Shown here piece by piece: positions 18,963 to 29,142 of a stretch of DNA of 64,000 nt; positions within the stretch are counted from its first letter, which is position 1; each line of letters opens with the position of its first letter. Source of the DNA: a virus. The notes beneath the pieces were generated by a model. The model did not search any database and was not told the origin of the DNA. It saw only the letters and a program-made list of their open reading frames with translations. The position numbers were made by a program, and so were the translations under genes. The stretch is taken from IMG/VR virus record IMGVR_UViG_3300010151_000007, positions 36,327 through 100,326 of that record. One strand, written 5' to 3'.

Positions 18963-21900
18963 TGGGAATTAAAGACTTATTTGATTCTGAAAACACTAAG
19001 ATCTTAACTTCTACTACGTTAGAAGAAGAACACGAAGCAATAGAATCAATTGAAAATATCAAGCAAAAGCGCCTCTCAAAAGAAAGATTCATACCACAGG
19101 TAGATTTTTCTAAGCCAGAGAACTTTGCTCATTACGGATCTGCCGAAAGGTATTATGAGAATTCCATGAAGAGGGTTCTTAACCAATATCCATATGACGG
19201 TTCAGAGGCAGAAATCCAAGGATTCTTAAATAATTCAACCTATGTTGACTTGTATGTTCTCGATAAGAAATATCCAAGAACAAATGGTTATATTAAATTC
19301 TCTGCTACAGGTTGGGGGACTTTAACTGGTTCAGTCATCAAAGATGGCTGGGGTGCCCCCAGTACAACTGGTTCTATCGGGCATGAATACATTGATATTC
19401 GTGGCGGCCCACATACTGCATCCGGTGGCATGATTGGAAAAGATTTGGCCGACGTATTCGCTAAATCAAACATCTATGACACAGATATCTATGACACAGA
19501 AGGCGTTCTTTCCTTAGAACGTGATGGTTCACGCGAATCTAATCTACAATTCAATATTAGTTCTAGTGGTGGTACGTTTGAGTTCTGGTTCAAAAAAGCT
19601 CACTGGAATGCAGGATTAACTTCCAAAGAAGTTGTTTTCGACCTTTGGAATCAAGAACCCATTGGCTCCAGTCAATATGGTCGTGTTTTGTTGTTCCTAT
19701 CGGGTGCCAGTAGCACCACTTCAACAATGCGCTACCAAATCAATTCAGGTTCAACTCTTAGTTCCCTCTTGGCCAGTAGTGGAAGTGTACCTCTCTTGGG
19801 TGGGAAAACGGTTGACGATGATTGGCACCACTTTGCTGTAGTATTCAAACAAAATGGAAGCAATCTAGACTTCCGGGATTATTTAGATGGGACGCCAGAG
19901 GGTGTTACTGATGCATCGATAGTGTTTAATGACATGTCTGGCTCGTGGAAATTACGTCTTGGGGCTTTGCAGACAGCGCCGGAAGGTATAACACCCGACA
20001 AAGGTGAAGCAGACGGAATGTCTGGGTATGGTAAACTTTCTGCCTCATTAGACGAATTTAGATATTGGAAAACTGTTCGAACTGAAAAAGAGATTAATGA
20101 GAACCTTTGGAAACAAGTCCGGGGTGGTACTAACACTGATATTTCGAATACGAATTTGGGCGTATATCTAAAATTTAACGAAGGCATTACAAATATAGGT
20201 TCAATTGATTCGACTGTTTTGGATTATTCTGGTCGCATTTCAAACGGCGTATGGACAGGCTACCCCGGCTCATCAGCAAGAAACACAGGTTCAGCTATGG
20301 TGGAGGCTTCTGTAGCCGCTTCGGAATACTTAGATCCTATTATTTACGAACAGCACCCTGAATACTCTGCCACTGTTACGGCTTTGAAAGACTCTGGAAG
20401 CGTGCATGACAGTCAAAATTCTTCACGTTTCATTGATTTGCTGCCAGCTTGGGTGATCGATCAGGATCTCGACGAGGGTTCGGAACACCTTCACAATTTA
20501 ACACAAATAATGTCATCATATTTTGACACCCTGCATTTGCAAATTGAGTCTCTTTCGAAGATTAAAAATGCTTCTTACATAACTTCAAGTATCAAACCCC
20601 TTCCTTTCGCAGACAGATTACTTGAATCTCAAGGTATGGTGGCACCCGAAATATTTATTGATTCGACCATAACTGAACACTACATGAATCATGATGGTGA
20701 ACGTGAATTTGAACTTGATCTAACGGATATCAAAAACCATATTTACAAGAACATTTACAACAACTTAATCCATCTTTATAAGTCGAAAGGCACCGAAAAG
20801 GCGTATCGTAACCTTTTGAGGTGCTATGGGATCGGTGATGAAATTGTAAAATTCAATACCTATGCGAATAATCAAACATTCAAAATAGAAGATACCCATT
20901 ATCTTTCGAGTTGTCGAAAGAAATATATCGACTTTAGTTCGCCGAACAAGTATGGCGCTGTTGTGATTAATGCGACAGCTAGTTCAATTGGTGGTCACCT
21001 CTCTGTCCCGACTCACTATAATGTTGATATGGCGGTTACGGATGAGGTGGAAGTAATCTTCCCGAACAACCCAGATACCTTTGAAAACAATAGGGTGTTC
21101 AAGACTTTCACAACTGCCTCGATCTTTGGTTACCATATCGTATCTGGTGGGCCAGCAGCCTCTATAATGGAATGGACCGCTTCTGCAAAAGACAGTAACT
21201 ATGAACTATACGCGGTTCGCCCCTTGCCCAATTCCAGTGATGCTTATTTCTGGTTGACAGATAGAAACAGAACTTTCAACTTAACAAGTAGTTTGTATAC
21301 TGACGTATATTCCGGTGAAAAATGGAACTTCGCAATCAGACAGCACAAAGAGCAGCACCCAATTGGCACACAGATTTCTGGTGCCGTTCTAGGTCATATC
21401 TGGGAGTTTTTGGGGTTCAATGTAGATGGTGGGATAGTAAAGAACCAATTCAACTTCTCTGCCTCTCTTAGCTCGGCTCACAAAGGGCTTGCCACTAAGG
21501 GTCGGAAATATTATGCAGGAGCCAATAGGACAAACTTTACAGGAACTTTACAAACACAGACAGACGTTAAGATTTCGTCAGTTCGCAGTTGGCACTCATA
21601 TCTTTCAAACGATGTTTTGATTGCGCATGCTAAGGATCCAAATAATTTCGGCACTGGAAGGCCGACCAGAAACACTCAATTTTTTAATAGTTCTATTACA
21701 TCTATACTGCCTGAATATGCAACTTTGAGATTTGCTTGGGAGATGAATGAGTTAACCACATCGGATAACAATGGTGAATTTAGAATAACTGATTTCTCTT
21801 CTGGTTCGGGTGATTTTATCGCCAGTTTGGATGCCGGGTATACCAATACGTTTGGACACCACGATGCTCACGGCTATCTGTTTCCAGCTTCGAGTACCAC

Positions 21901-24900
21901 TGTTGTTTCAAACGAATATATAAACGCAGCAAAGCAGAAACTTCCAGAAGTTATCGATAGTAGTGATATGGTAAATGTCCTAACACAAGACGACGAAATC
22001 TTCACAAGAGATCCTGCTGTTTCTCAACATGTTTTTGCGTTTGAGAAGAGTATGTATGGAGTCGTCTCACAGGAAATTCTAAACATATTTGCTGGCGTCA
22101 CTCACATGAATGATTTGATTGGCGAGGTGACCAACAAATACCGTTCAGGCTATAAAGACATGAGGTTGTTGAGGGAGCTTTTCTTTGAGAAGGTTCGTAA
22201 TACCCCTGATTTAGACAACTTTATGGATTACTATCGTTGGATCGATTCATCGATAATGAAGTTCTTGAAACAATTGACGCCGGGCTCCGCTATTCTATCG
22301 GACGATATCAGGAACATTGTTGAAAGCCACATCCTAGAAAGAAACAAATATGATCACAAATACCCATTTTTAGACTTCCGGGGAAATACACGCTGGGCAG
22401 AAACAACTATCGAAGGCTCTGTCAAGGGCCTTGGAGAATTAGAATACAATTGGAAGTATGGTCATGCTCCGGTTGACAATAACGATGCCGATAATGCATT
22501 GTGGTGGAAGACTAGAGCCAGAGCGAATGATACTGTCCTCACCTCTGGTGATACAACAAAAGACGTTCAGCGCCAAAGGCTGCGCGCTGCAATCAATAAT
22601 GATAGTTTTGCTTCCCCTGTTCGTTTAAGGGAGGTAACAAACTCGAAGTATCGTTCTGTAGTCAACTCCTTAAGAGACTTCAGAACTGTTATGAAGCCAG
22701 ACATTATTCGAACAAAAACTATTAAAGGCGGAATCAACTTCGAAAACAATAAGAAGTTTAGCGTCTTTAAGAACTTGATAATGAATTATCCAACAGGTCT
22801 AAGTGATTCGGGTTATGAACTTGACATTGTAAAAAAAGCGGATAAGAATATCAATGACATTGAAGATCCTTCTAAACTGGTTCGTAAGAATTGGGGCATT
22901 GAAAGCTACTTCGACAAGGTTACGACCTTTGCGTCCGGTGGCTCCCAATTCTTCTTCGACAACGCGGAAAAGGTTATCCCCGGCAACCTAATAAGCTCAT
23001 CTGTTGTTTCTGGTTACAACGCTAGTAACAATAATTCATATAACCGTTCGGCTTTGAATTCAACCGCATTAACGAATATCCACTTCGATGCTTATGGCAC
23101 AGAATTGGAGACTCCAATGCAGGGCCCATTCTCTGACGCTCACGTCGGTGGCTTACAACACCGTCATGTTAAAATGAACAGAGGTTCGGATACACTATAT
23201 ACCCGCCCAGAAGCCTGGAGGGTGCGTTCTTTTCCGACTGATTCGATGTTGCGATACAAAAATCCTTCCGTTAATCCCTTGAATGACGTTGAAAACCCTG
23301 CATACCCGATTGCAATCTACTATCGCGATGAAACTGCAAAAAGACCGGTAGTAATCAAGAACGTTAAATACACAACCGGCTCCGCTATCCTTGGAAACTA
23401 TCGCAGAGAAATGGAAATAGTTCCGATCACGGGTCGAAAGAGTCATAACAAGTCGTTCATTCAAAACGAAGGGTTCTCCGTGACTGGTGTATCTTCCTCT
23501 TTTGTAACCGATCTGGTAGATTACACAAAACCGTTAAGAACAACAAACTCCGGAACAACGTATCCTGGCAAGAATAATTCACATGCCCAGCATGTTATAG
23601 TCCAAAGATTTTCCGCTCCAGGCTCTCCAGAAACAATGGGAGATCATCAGGGCGGCAGCGGCTTAGATGTTGAGGCTGGCGAATATTCACCATATAATAG
23701 CTTAAATTACAGAAATTTATCTGTTCGGCAGCCGCTAAACAGAAGTCTTCTTGTACACCACACAAGGCAGTTTGGTTTCTATAGCGGTTCTGCGGTTACA
23801 TCAGCAAATTATGCTGGTACCGGCTCATACCACAAGCAGCATAGGAACAGAGGTTTGAGGATGGAATATTCTCAAGCAAGATCCCCTGTCGATGCGGCGG
23901 TTATCACAGCTTCGGTGTTTGACAATGCGTTCATCTCAAGCCTGATTCCAAGATCTGATTTACATTATGCTTGGGTAACAGCTTCCTATGAAAGCACAAA
24001 GCAAGTAGGGTTCGCTCCACCAACTGGGTTTGTTTCAACTTCTGCTGGCCGCGTGAATGCTATAGCCTTTAGTTCCGGTAGTGAAATAGGTGCTGGTAAG
24101 AACGCTAGTGGTCAATTGAAATATGGTTTCTATGGCCCACCCGCCCCAAACATTACTACTGATTTTGTATTTAATGATTATGTTGGCTTGAATACGAACA
24201 TTAGAGAACCAATCAATACTAGCTCATATGATTTTGTTGGGTTCACCGCTAGTGGTGGCGAGATTGATCCTTCCACTGGCAGATATAGATATCTCAACGA
24301 GGTTTACATTGATGGTGTCACTGGACAAGCCTCCAACCCTTATACTTTGAATGGCCTGCTTCACCATCGCAACGGACCTTATCAGCACGCCAATTTTAAG
24401 ACCATTGCTCACCAAACACACCCGATTGTTAGAAGGCAGAGGAAAGATAATGTGATAACCCACACTATCGAAGGTGGTGTAGAAAGAATCATTGCAGGTT
24501 CAACAACAAAAGATACAAACGGAAAAACAAAGGTATTTATCGAGCCAGCGATAAATAACAAATATAAGCCTATTAAGATCGATATGGTCGTTGTGACTGG
24601 CGAAGATCAAAATAACGACACGAAAACATCTAACATCGTCGCTTCAGTTTCGGTTGTTGGGAAAAACCTGTTCTTTGAAAACCCAGAACTTAACAACTTG
24701 ATTGGTTTGCGAGCAGATCAAGAGACGCCATACGACAAAATCAAGAAGATGTATCTAGATGGTGCCCTAAAGGATCCCAACAGCCCAATCGTAGATATCA
24801 AAAGACTGATCTATACAGAGACGGTTTATCCTGCTGGAAAGAATGCTCATCTAAAGAAGACTCGCGGTCGTACATCGTTTAATAACAACTTCTGGAGATC

Positions 24901-27900
24901 GACAAGAGAAGATAGGAATGTGACTGGTAGTTATTCAACAATTTCGGGACAATATTCCGCTAGTTTCTGGCCACTAGATGCAGCAACTTCATATACCCTC
25001 CTTGGTAACAATGCTTTTGCTTATACAAACTCTGCCGGTGCCTGGAGCCTTTACAATCCGGAATCCCAATATAACAGGATGGGGGAGTTGATGGGTCAAT
25101 GGTATTACGATCTTAGGTATTTGGTAAACAACATAGGGACACCTGATTTCTCAAGAATGAAGGCGCTACCGATGTATTACAGGCCCCATAAGATTTATTT
25201 CAAAAATACGCTGGCGGCTCCGTATAATAAAAGGTATGACGAAATGTCAACTACCGGAGCATTTCAAGATCTTGGTGGTGCCCTTGGTGGTGGTCAAGCA
25301 GTTTGGGAAACTGGGCGATTGGCCGGAAAATTTGTTAATGGAGAGTTTGTTTACACCGAAAGGTACCCTTTTCACGACACATATGACGACTATTCGCTAG
25401 ATATTAAGAACAAAGCAAAGGGTTACTCGGTCCTCCCAGAATTCAGAATTAGTGAGCATATCAATATGTTCTATAAAGATGGTGGGGAGAGCACGCTGCA
25501 AGAGAATTCGAAAGAATATTCAATTTACGGAATCCCAACTGCCAGTTCCAATCCACAGAATTCATCTGAAAACGATTTCTTTGAAATCTACTCAAATTCA
25601 GATTTCATGAAATACTTTGAATTAGTCAAAAACGACAACAAGGGTTTGTTGCAGCCTGCAACAATTTCCTTAAAATGTAAAGGTATAAAGAAATTCCTGC
25701 CATATGAAGGTTTTTACCCGGTTCTTCGTACTTTGGATTTAGCAACTCAATTCTCAAAATCTTATGAGCCTTATATCAAATCAAGAGGGGCTGACTCACA
25801 ATACGACAACGCCAGATTAAGAACGGTCTTTGCTCCAATGTTTGCTCCCGGAATTCTTTACAATACAATCAAGTCTGGCCTCGCTGTTGATTTCCCTGTC
25901 ATGACAGGCTCAATTAGAGCTTCGCACACACACAAGGTGGCCGTCGGCGCGGGAGATCTGGAAAGCATCCACACGACCATTGGTTCCAACTCAAGATACA
26001 AATCAGCACTTCCAGCCTCTTCCAACCATGTGGATGGGTGGGATTATCGTATTCCATTTGAAGCAATCATAAATCCTGAAAACTTCATTTCAAATAAATG
26101 GATTGCCGACTCTGAAAAGTTTAACTCAAATCAGGACATCACTGCTTCTCTAGGTCTCGGCGGTGATAGTCTTTACACAATGATGGCTAACAATTTCTTT
26201 GCGGAAACAATCGATTTCTTCTTAGAGGAGCAAACTGTAACGAAGATCGTTTCGAAACCTGAAAGCGAATTTAAGTCTGTAACCCCTGGCCAGCCATATG
26301 GCATGAGGGTCAAGGTTTGGAGGACTATGGATGGTCCGAAGCCTGTAACCGGAAGTTGGGGGCAATTCCCAATTCCACAGAATAGTGGCTCGGCAATAAA
26401 AGAATCCTTCGTGATGTATTCTCGCCCAAGTGCTTTTGGACCCCCTGTGTCTGCTACCGGCTCCAATAACGCCGGGGCACCCCGAAAATGGTCGAATTGG
26501 CCAAGTGGGACATTCGGGTGTGAAAATGGTGTTTACGCCTCTCATACCCCTCCATATTATGATGGCGAATCGTGGATTGATATTATCTATTATCCATGGA
26601 AAACTACCGCCGGTACAGATGCTAAATATAACTCGGACGTTAATAAGCCTTACAAGCCCTCGCTAGATGAAATTTTGAATTTCATCAACCCTACAGCTAG
26701 CATCGATACCACTGCCGGCTTCCCTGGTGGGACATATGTCCGCAAATGGAGATATGATAGGGAAGTAATCGACTCATCCACTCCTTTCTATAATGATATG
26801 GAAGCTTATCATGGCCCCATGGCCGGTGCTTTTGCCAACAGGTGGTCCATGCAAGCTGACGCATCGTTCGTTATCGATGAAAGAGAGAAAGATAAGTGGT
26901 CGATTAAGTCGCGCTTTGAAACCCCTATGCTTAATTTTGCTTATGTAACCTCTAGTGATGGAACTAAGACCACAAGGGAACAGGCGGGCGATGGTCGCGG
27001 CGCAGAAGCTTCATCCGGTATAGGAATGTGGCATCAGTTCGGGCGCATACCAAAAATTGATGAAGGTGTTTATCTTCAAATAACTGATATTCCCGAAAAC
27101 TGGATTACAAACCACCCATCTGCAACGATTCTGTTTGATCCGCAAGGGGATTACACCGGAATTAATATTCCATTCTTATCTTCCAGCACAGACAGTTTGA
27201 GATATAGGGTGCCAATTGGCGTTTCTGGTGATATGTCAAATTCGCCTCTTTCGCTTGTTGATATCTGTGGTTTCTCCACAACGGCTGAAAAGATTGGTAA
27301 GATCGCAGATTCCAAGACAGTGAGTGAGGCAGTTGTAGCAATTCCGTTTATCGAAATTGATGCAACCAGAAAGTTCTTCAATATCAATTTGGAGAAAAGT
27401 GGCGAGTCTGTTCAAGAACAGATAGAGAAAATGAAGAAGTTCGTTATTCCGCCGCGCCTAGACTTTGTTCACAATAAAGACCTTGAAGCAATTGCCATGT
27501 ATATCTTTGAATTCAACCATGTATTCGATAAAGACGACCTTTCTCACATGTGGCAAAATGTATTACCAGAAGCCGGAATGAAGATGGAAGAAGTAAGTTC
27601 TATTATTTCTCATGACTTGAGGAAGGGCGAGATATTAGAAAAAATGCCTGAAGAATTGAAGTGGATGGTGTTTAAGGTCAAGCAGCGAGCGAAGACTGAT
27701 TATTGGAAACAGACCAACAGATCAAATAGTGAAAATATTCCTTTTTATTCTTACAACTGGCCTTATGACTTTTTCTCTTTGATTGAGATGGTTCAGATAG
27801 ATTCGGAAGTGGAGATGAAGAAAAAGGAAGATATTAGCTCTGGCTTGGATTCCCTACCAACTCGAAACTTGAGAGAAGAACTTTTCAACGATGATTTGTT

Positions 27901-28117
27901 ACTTCAGTTTGACCTCCCCGAACCCGAAAACACTGGTCCGGATTTGACAGAACAACAAGTTGAAGATTTGGAAGAAGCTAGGGGTAGCCTTGATTTGACA
28001 AGAGGCAACACAAACCTTGCTCGCTTGATAGGTAATACTGGTGCCTCTAGAACCACAGATAGGATTGACACAGATCTTGGCGGCATCCCAAATCCAGATG
28101 GAGATAGGGGAACATGA
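18962..28117 (+). CDS. Giant (3051 aa) baseplate/receptor-binding protein with LamG-like domains
   Basis: TFEFWFK, WHHFAVV, YLDG, LDEFRYW LamG signature; LYKSKGT...NLLRCYG wedge-type motif; S/T/G-rich. Confidence 0.7.
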   Translation: MGIKDLFDSENTKILTSTTLEEEHEAIESIENIKQKRLSKERFIPQVDFSKPENFAHYGSAERYYENSMKRVLNQYPYDGSEAEIQGFLNNSTYVDLYVLDKKYPRTNGYIKFSATGWGTLTGSVIKDGWGAPSTTGSIGHEYIDIRGGPHTASGGMIGKDLADVFAKSNIYDTDIYDTEGVLSLERDGSRESNLQFNISSSGGTFEFWFKKAHWNAGLTSKEVVFDLWNQEPIGSSQYGRVLLFLSGASSTTSTMRYQINSGSTLSSLLASSGSVPLLGGKTVDDDWHHFAVVFKQNGSNLDFRDYLDGTPEGVTDASIVFNDMSGSWKLRLGALQTAPEGITPDKGEADGMSGYGKLSASLDEFRYWKTVRTEKEINENLWKQVRGGTNTDISNTNLGVYLKFNEGITNIGSIDSTVLDYSGRISNGVWTGYPGSSARNTGSAMVEASVAASEYLDPIIYEQHPEYSATVTALKDSGSVHDSQNSSRFIDLLPAWVIDQDLDEGSEHLHNLTQIMSSYFDTLHLQIESLSKIKNASYITSSIKPLPFADRLLESQGMVAPEIFIDSTITEHYMNHDGEREFELDLTDIKNHIYKNIYNNLIHLYKSKGTEKAYRNLLRCYGIGDEIVKFNTYANNQTFKIEDTHYLSSCRKKYIDFSSPNKYGAVVINATASSIGGHLSVPTHYNVDMAVTDEVEVIFPNNPDTFENNRVFKTFTTASIFGYHIVSGGPAASIMEWTASAKDSNYELYAVRPLPNSSDAYFWLTDRNRTFNLTSSLYTDVYSGEKWNFAIRQHKEQHPIGTQISGAVLGHIWEFLGFNVDGGIVKNQFNFSASLSSAHKGLATKGRKYYAGANRTNFTGTLQTQTDVKISSVRSWHSYLSNDVLIAHAKDPNNFGTGRPTRNTQFFNSSITSILPEYATLRFAWEMNELTTSDNNGEFRITDFSSGSGDFIASLDAGYTNTFGHHDAHGYLFPASSTTVVSNEYINAAKQKLPEVIDSSDMVNVLTQDDEIFTRDPAVSQHVFAFEKSMYGVVSQEILNIFAGVTHMNDLIGEVTNKYRSGYKDMRLLRELFFEKVRNTPDLDNFMDYYRWIDSSIMKFLKQLTPGSAILSDDIRNIVESHILERNKYDHKYPFLDFRGNTRWAETTIEGSVKGLGELEYNWKYGHAPVDNNDADNALWWKTRARANDTVLTSGDTTKDVQRQRLRAAINNDSFASPVRLREVTNSKYRSVVNSLRDFRTVMKPDIIRTKTIKGGINFENNKKFSVFKNLIMNYPTGLSDSGYELDIVKKADKNINDIEDPSKLVRKNWGIESYFDKVTTFASGGSQFFFDNAEKVIPGNLISSSVVSGYNASNNNSYNRSALNSTALTNIHFDAYGTELETPMQGPFSDAHVGGLQHRHVKMNRGSDTLYTRPEAWRVRSFPTDSMLRYKNPSVNPLNDVENPAYPIAIYYRDETAKRPVVIKNVKYTTGSAILGNYRREMEIVPITGRKSHNKSFIQNEGFSVTGVSSSFVTDLVDYTKPLRTTNSGTTYPGKNNSHAQHVIVQRFSAPGSPETMGDHQGGSGLDVEAGEYSPYNSLNYRNLSVRQPLNRSLLVHHTRQFGFYSGSAVTSANYAGTGSYHKQHRNRGLRMEYSQARSPVDAAVITASVFDNAFISSLIPRSDLHYAWVTASYESTKQVGFAPPTGFVSTSAGRVNAIAFSSGSEIGAGKNASGQLKYGFYGPPAPNITTDFVFNDYVGLNTNIREPINTSSYDFVGFTASGGEIDPSTGRYRYLNEVYIDGVTGQASNPYTLNGLLHHRNGPYQHANFKTIAHQTHPIVRRQRKDNVITHTIEGGVERIIAGSTTKDTNGKTKVFIEPAINNKYKPIKIDMVVVTGEDQNNDTKTSNIVASVSVVGKNLFFENPELNNLIGLRADQETPYDKIKKMYLDGALKDPNSPIVDIKRLIYTETVYPAGKNAHLKKTRGRTSFNNNFWRSTREDRNVTGSYSTISGQYSASFWPLDAATSYTLLGNNAFAYTNSAGAWSLYNPESQYNRMGELMGQWYYDLRYLVNNIGTPDFSRMKALPMYYRPHKIYFKNTLAAPYNKRYDEMSTTGAFQDLGGALGGGQAVWETGRLAGKFVNGEFVYTERYPFHDTYDDYSLDIKNKAKGYSVLPEFRISEHINMFYKDGGESTLQENSKEYSIYGIPTASSNPQNSSENDFFEIYSNSDFMKYFELVKNDNKGLLQPATISLKCKGIKKFLPYEGFYPVLRTLDLATQFSKSYEPYIKSRGADSQYDNARLRTVFAPMFAPGILYNTIKSGLAVDFPVMTGSIRASHTHKVAVGAGDLESIHTTIGSNSRYKSALPASSNHVDGWDYRIPFEAIINPENFISNKWIADSEKFNSNQDITASLGLGGDSLYTMMANNFFAETIDFFLEEQTVTKIVSKPESEFKSVTPGQPYGMRVKVWRTMDGPKPVTGSWGQFPIPQNSGSAIKESFVMYSRPSAFGPPVSATGSNNAGAPRKWSNWPSGTFGCENGVYASHTPPYYDGESWIDIIYYPWKTTAGTDAKYNSDVNKPYKPSLDEILNFINPTASIDTTAGFPGGTYVRKWRYDREVIDSSTPFYNDMEAYHGPMAGAFANRWSMQADASFVIDEREKDKWSIKSRFETPMLNFAYVTSSDGTKTTREQAGDGRGAEASSGIGMWHQFGRIPKIDEGVYLQITDIPENWITNHPSATILFDPQGDYTGINIPFLSSSTDSLRYRVPIGVSGDMSNSPLSLVDICGFSTTAEKIGKIADSKTVSEAVVAIPFIEIDATRKFFNINLEKSGESVQEQIEKMKKFVIPPRLDFVHNKDLEAIAMYIFEFNHVFDKDDLSHMWQNVLPEAGMKMEEVSSIISHDLRKGEILEKMPEELKWMVFKVKQRAKTDYWKQTNRSNSENIPFYSYNWPYDFFSLIEMVQIDSEVEMKKKEDISSGLDSLPTRNLREELFNDDLLLQFDLPEPENTGPDLTEQQVEDLEEARGSLDLTRGNTNLARLIGNTGASRTTDRIDTDLGGIPNPDGDRGT

Positions 28118-29118
28118 CATTTTTTGATGACAAACAAGAGGTGTTGAATATTGAGTTGACACCATATGGGCGTAAGCTGCTGGCTCAAGGGAAGTTAAAC
28201 CCCACATACTATGCGTTTTTCGATCATGATGTTATTTACGATCCCAATTACATAGAATCAGGATCTTCAGAATATCAGTATGAAGCGGAAAATAGAATTC
28301 AAGATCGCACACCAAGAAAGAAAGTTCAACGCTCCAAGAGTGCCCGAACTGACCAAGTTACTAAGGATTTAGACTTGTATGAACACAGTTTCAATCTAGA
28401 AAATGCTTTGGGAACAAGTGCTCACAATTCTCAAAAAGCTCCACGTTTGGAATTAACCTTTCTTCAAGGCGAGGTTGATGGTACTATAACAAAGTTTATG
28501 TCAACATCTTCAGGCCCATCCTTCTCTTATCATCAAGATGTCAAGATAACGCAAATACCGACAGATATTGAAATACAAACTGCAATAGCTCACGAAGATA
28601 GATTAGAGAAAGACATCAAATTCAAACCAGATTTTGAACTTAGCACAAACAATGTACACTCGGACGGTTCGACGGTTGTGATCAGCCCGGAGCAAATATT
28701 TCTTTTACTTGATGAAGAGAATACAATTGTTTTGAATGAAAATTTTGATATTGAAGTTTTTGAAGTGCTGGACTTAACTGGCTCTTTTGGCGAAGAGGTG
28801 TTGAAACCTTTGTCTTTTGTCCGTCCGGTAGAATATGTTGTTGACGGTAAATTAATCGATAGGGGTGAAGCTTTTGCGGAAGCCGGTCGCTCCCAAGATG
28901 GCAGCCTAAATGTTACTAACGAATATGTTGAATATTATTTCAATGTTAACACTGACGTATTCGACGAGATATCAGATTCGGAGATATGTCAAGCTGCATT
29001 TGAACTGAAAAAGAGGAATATTCTTGTTGATCTTGAAGTAGATTGTCCAGATTTGATAGAAGTGCCAGACTTGAATATCTATGAAAGTGACGCAGTTGAA
29101 ATAGAAGATTGTCCTTGA
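28114..29118 (+). CDS. Baseplate/tail structural protein (N-terminal LT..GR..LA domain)
   Basis: IELTPYGRKLLAQG...YAFFDHDVIY is paralogous to the start of 34585-35505. Confidence 0.6.
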   Translation: MTFFDDKQEVLNIELTPYGRKLLAQGKLNPTYYAFFDHDVIYDPNYIESGSSEYQYEAENRIQDRTPRKKVQRSKSARTDQVTKDLDLYEHSFNLENALGTSAHNSQKAPRLELTFLQGEVDGTITKFMSTSSGPSFSYHQDVKITQIPTDIEIQTAIAHEDRLEKDIKFKPDFELSTNNVHSDGSTVVISPEQIFLLLDEENTIVLNENFDIEVFEVLDLTGSFGEEVLKPLSFVRPVEYVVDGKLIDRGEAFAEAGRSQDGSLNVTNEYVEYYFNVNTDVFDEISDSEICQAAFELKKRNILVDLEVDCPDLIEVPDLNIYESDAVEIEDCP

Positions 29119-29119
29119 G

Positions 29120-29127
29120 ACTAATTA
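29120..29127 (+). promoter_or_regulatory. Candidate late promoter ACTAATTA
   Basis: Intergenic, 15 nt before ATG 29143. Confidence 0.7.
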
Positions 29128-29142
29128 AGAAAGAGAACTAAA

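Noticed and set aside
19472-19500. 15-nt tandem duplication (IYDTDIYDTE)
   Set aside because: Only two units inside a CDS; no sign of function.
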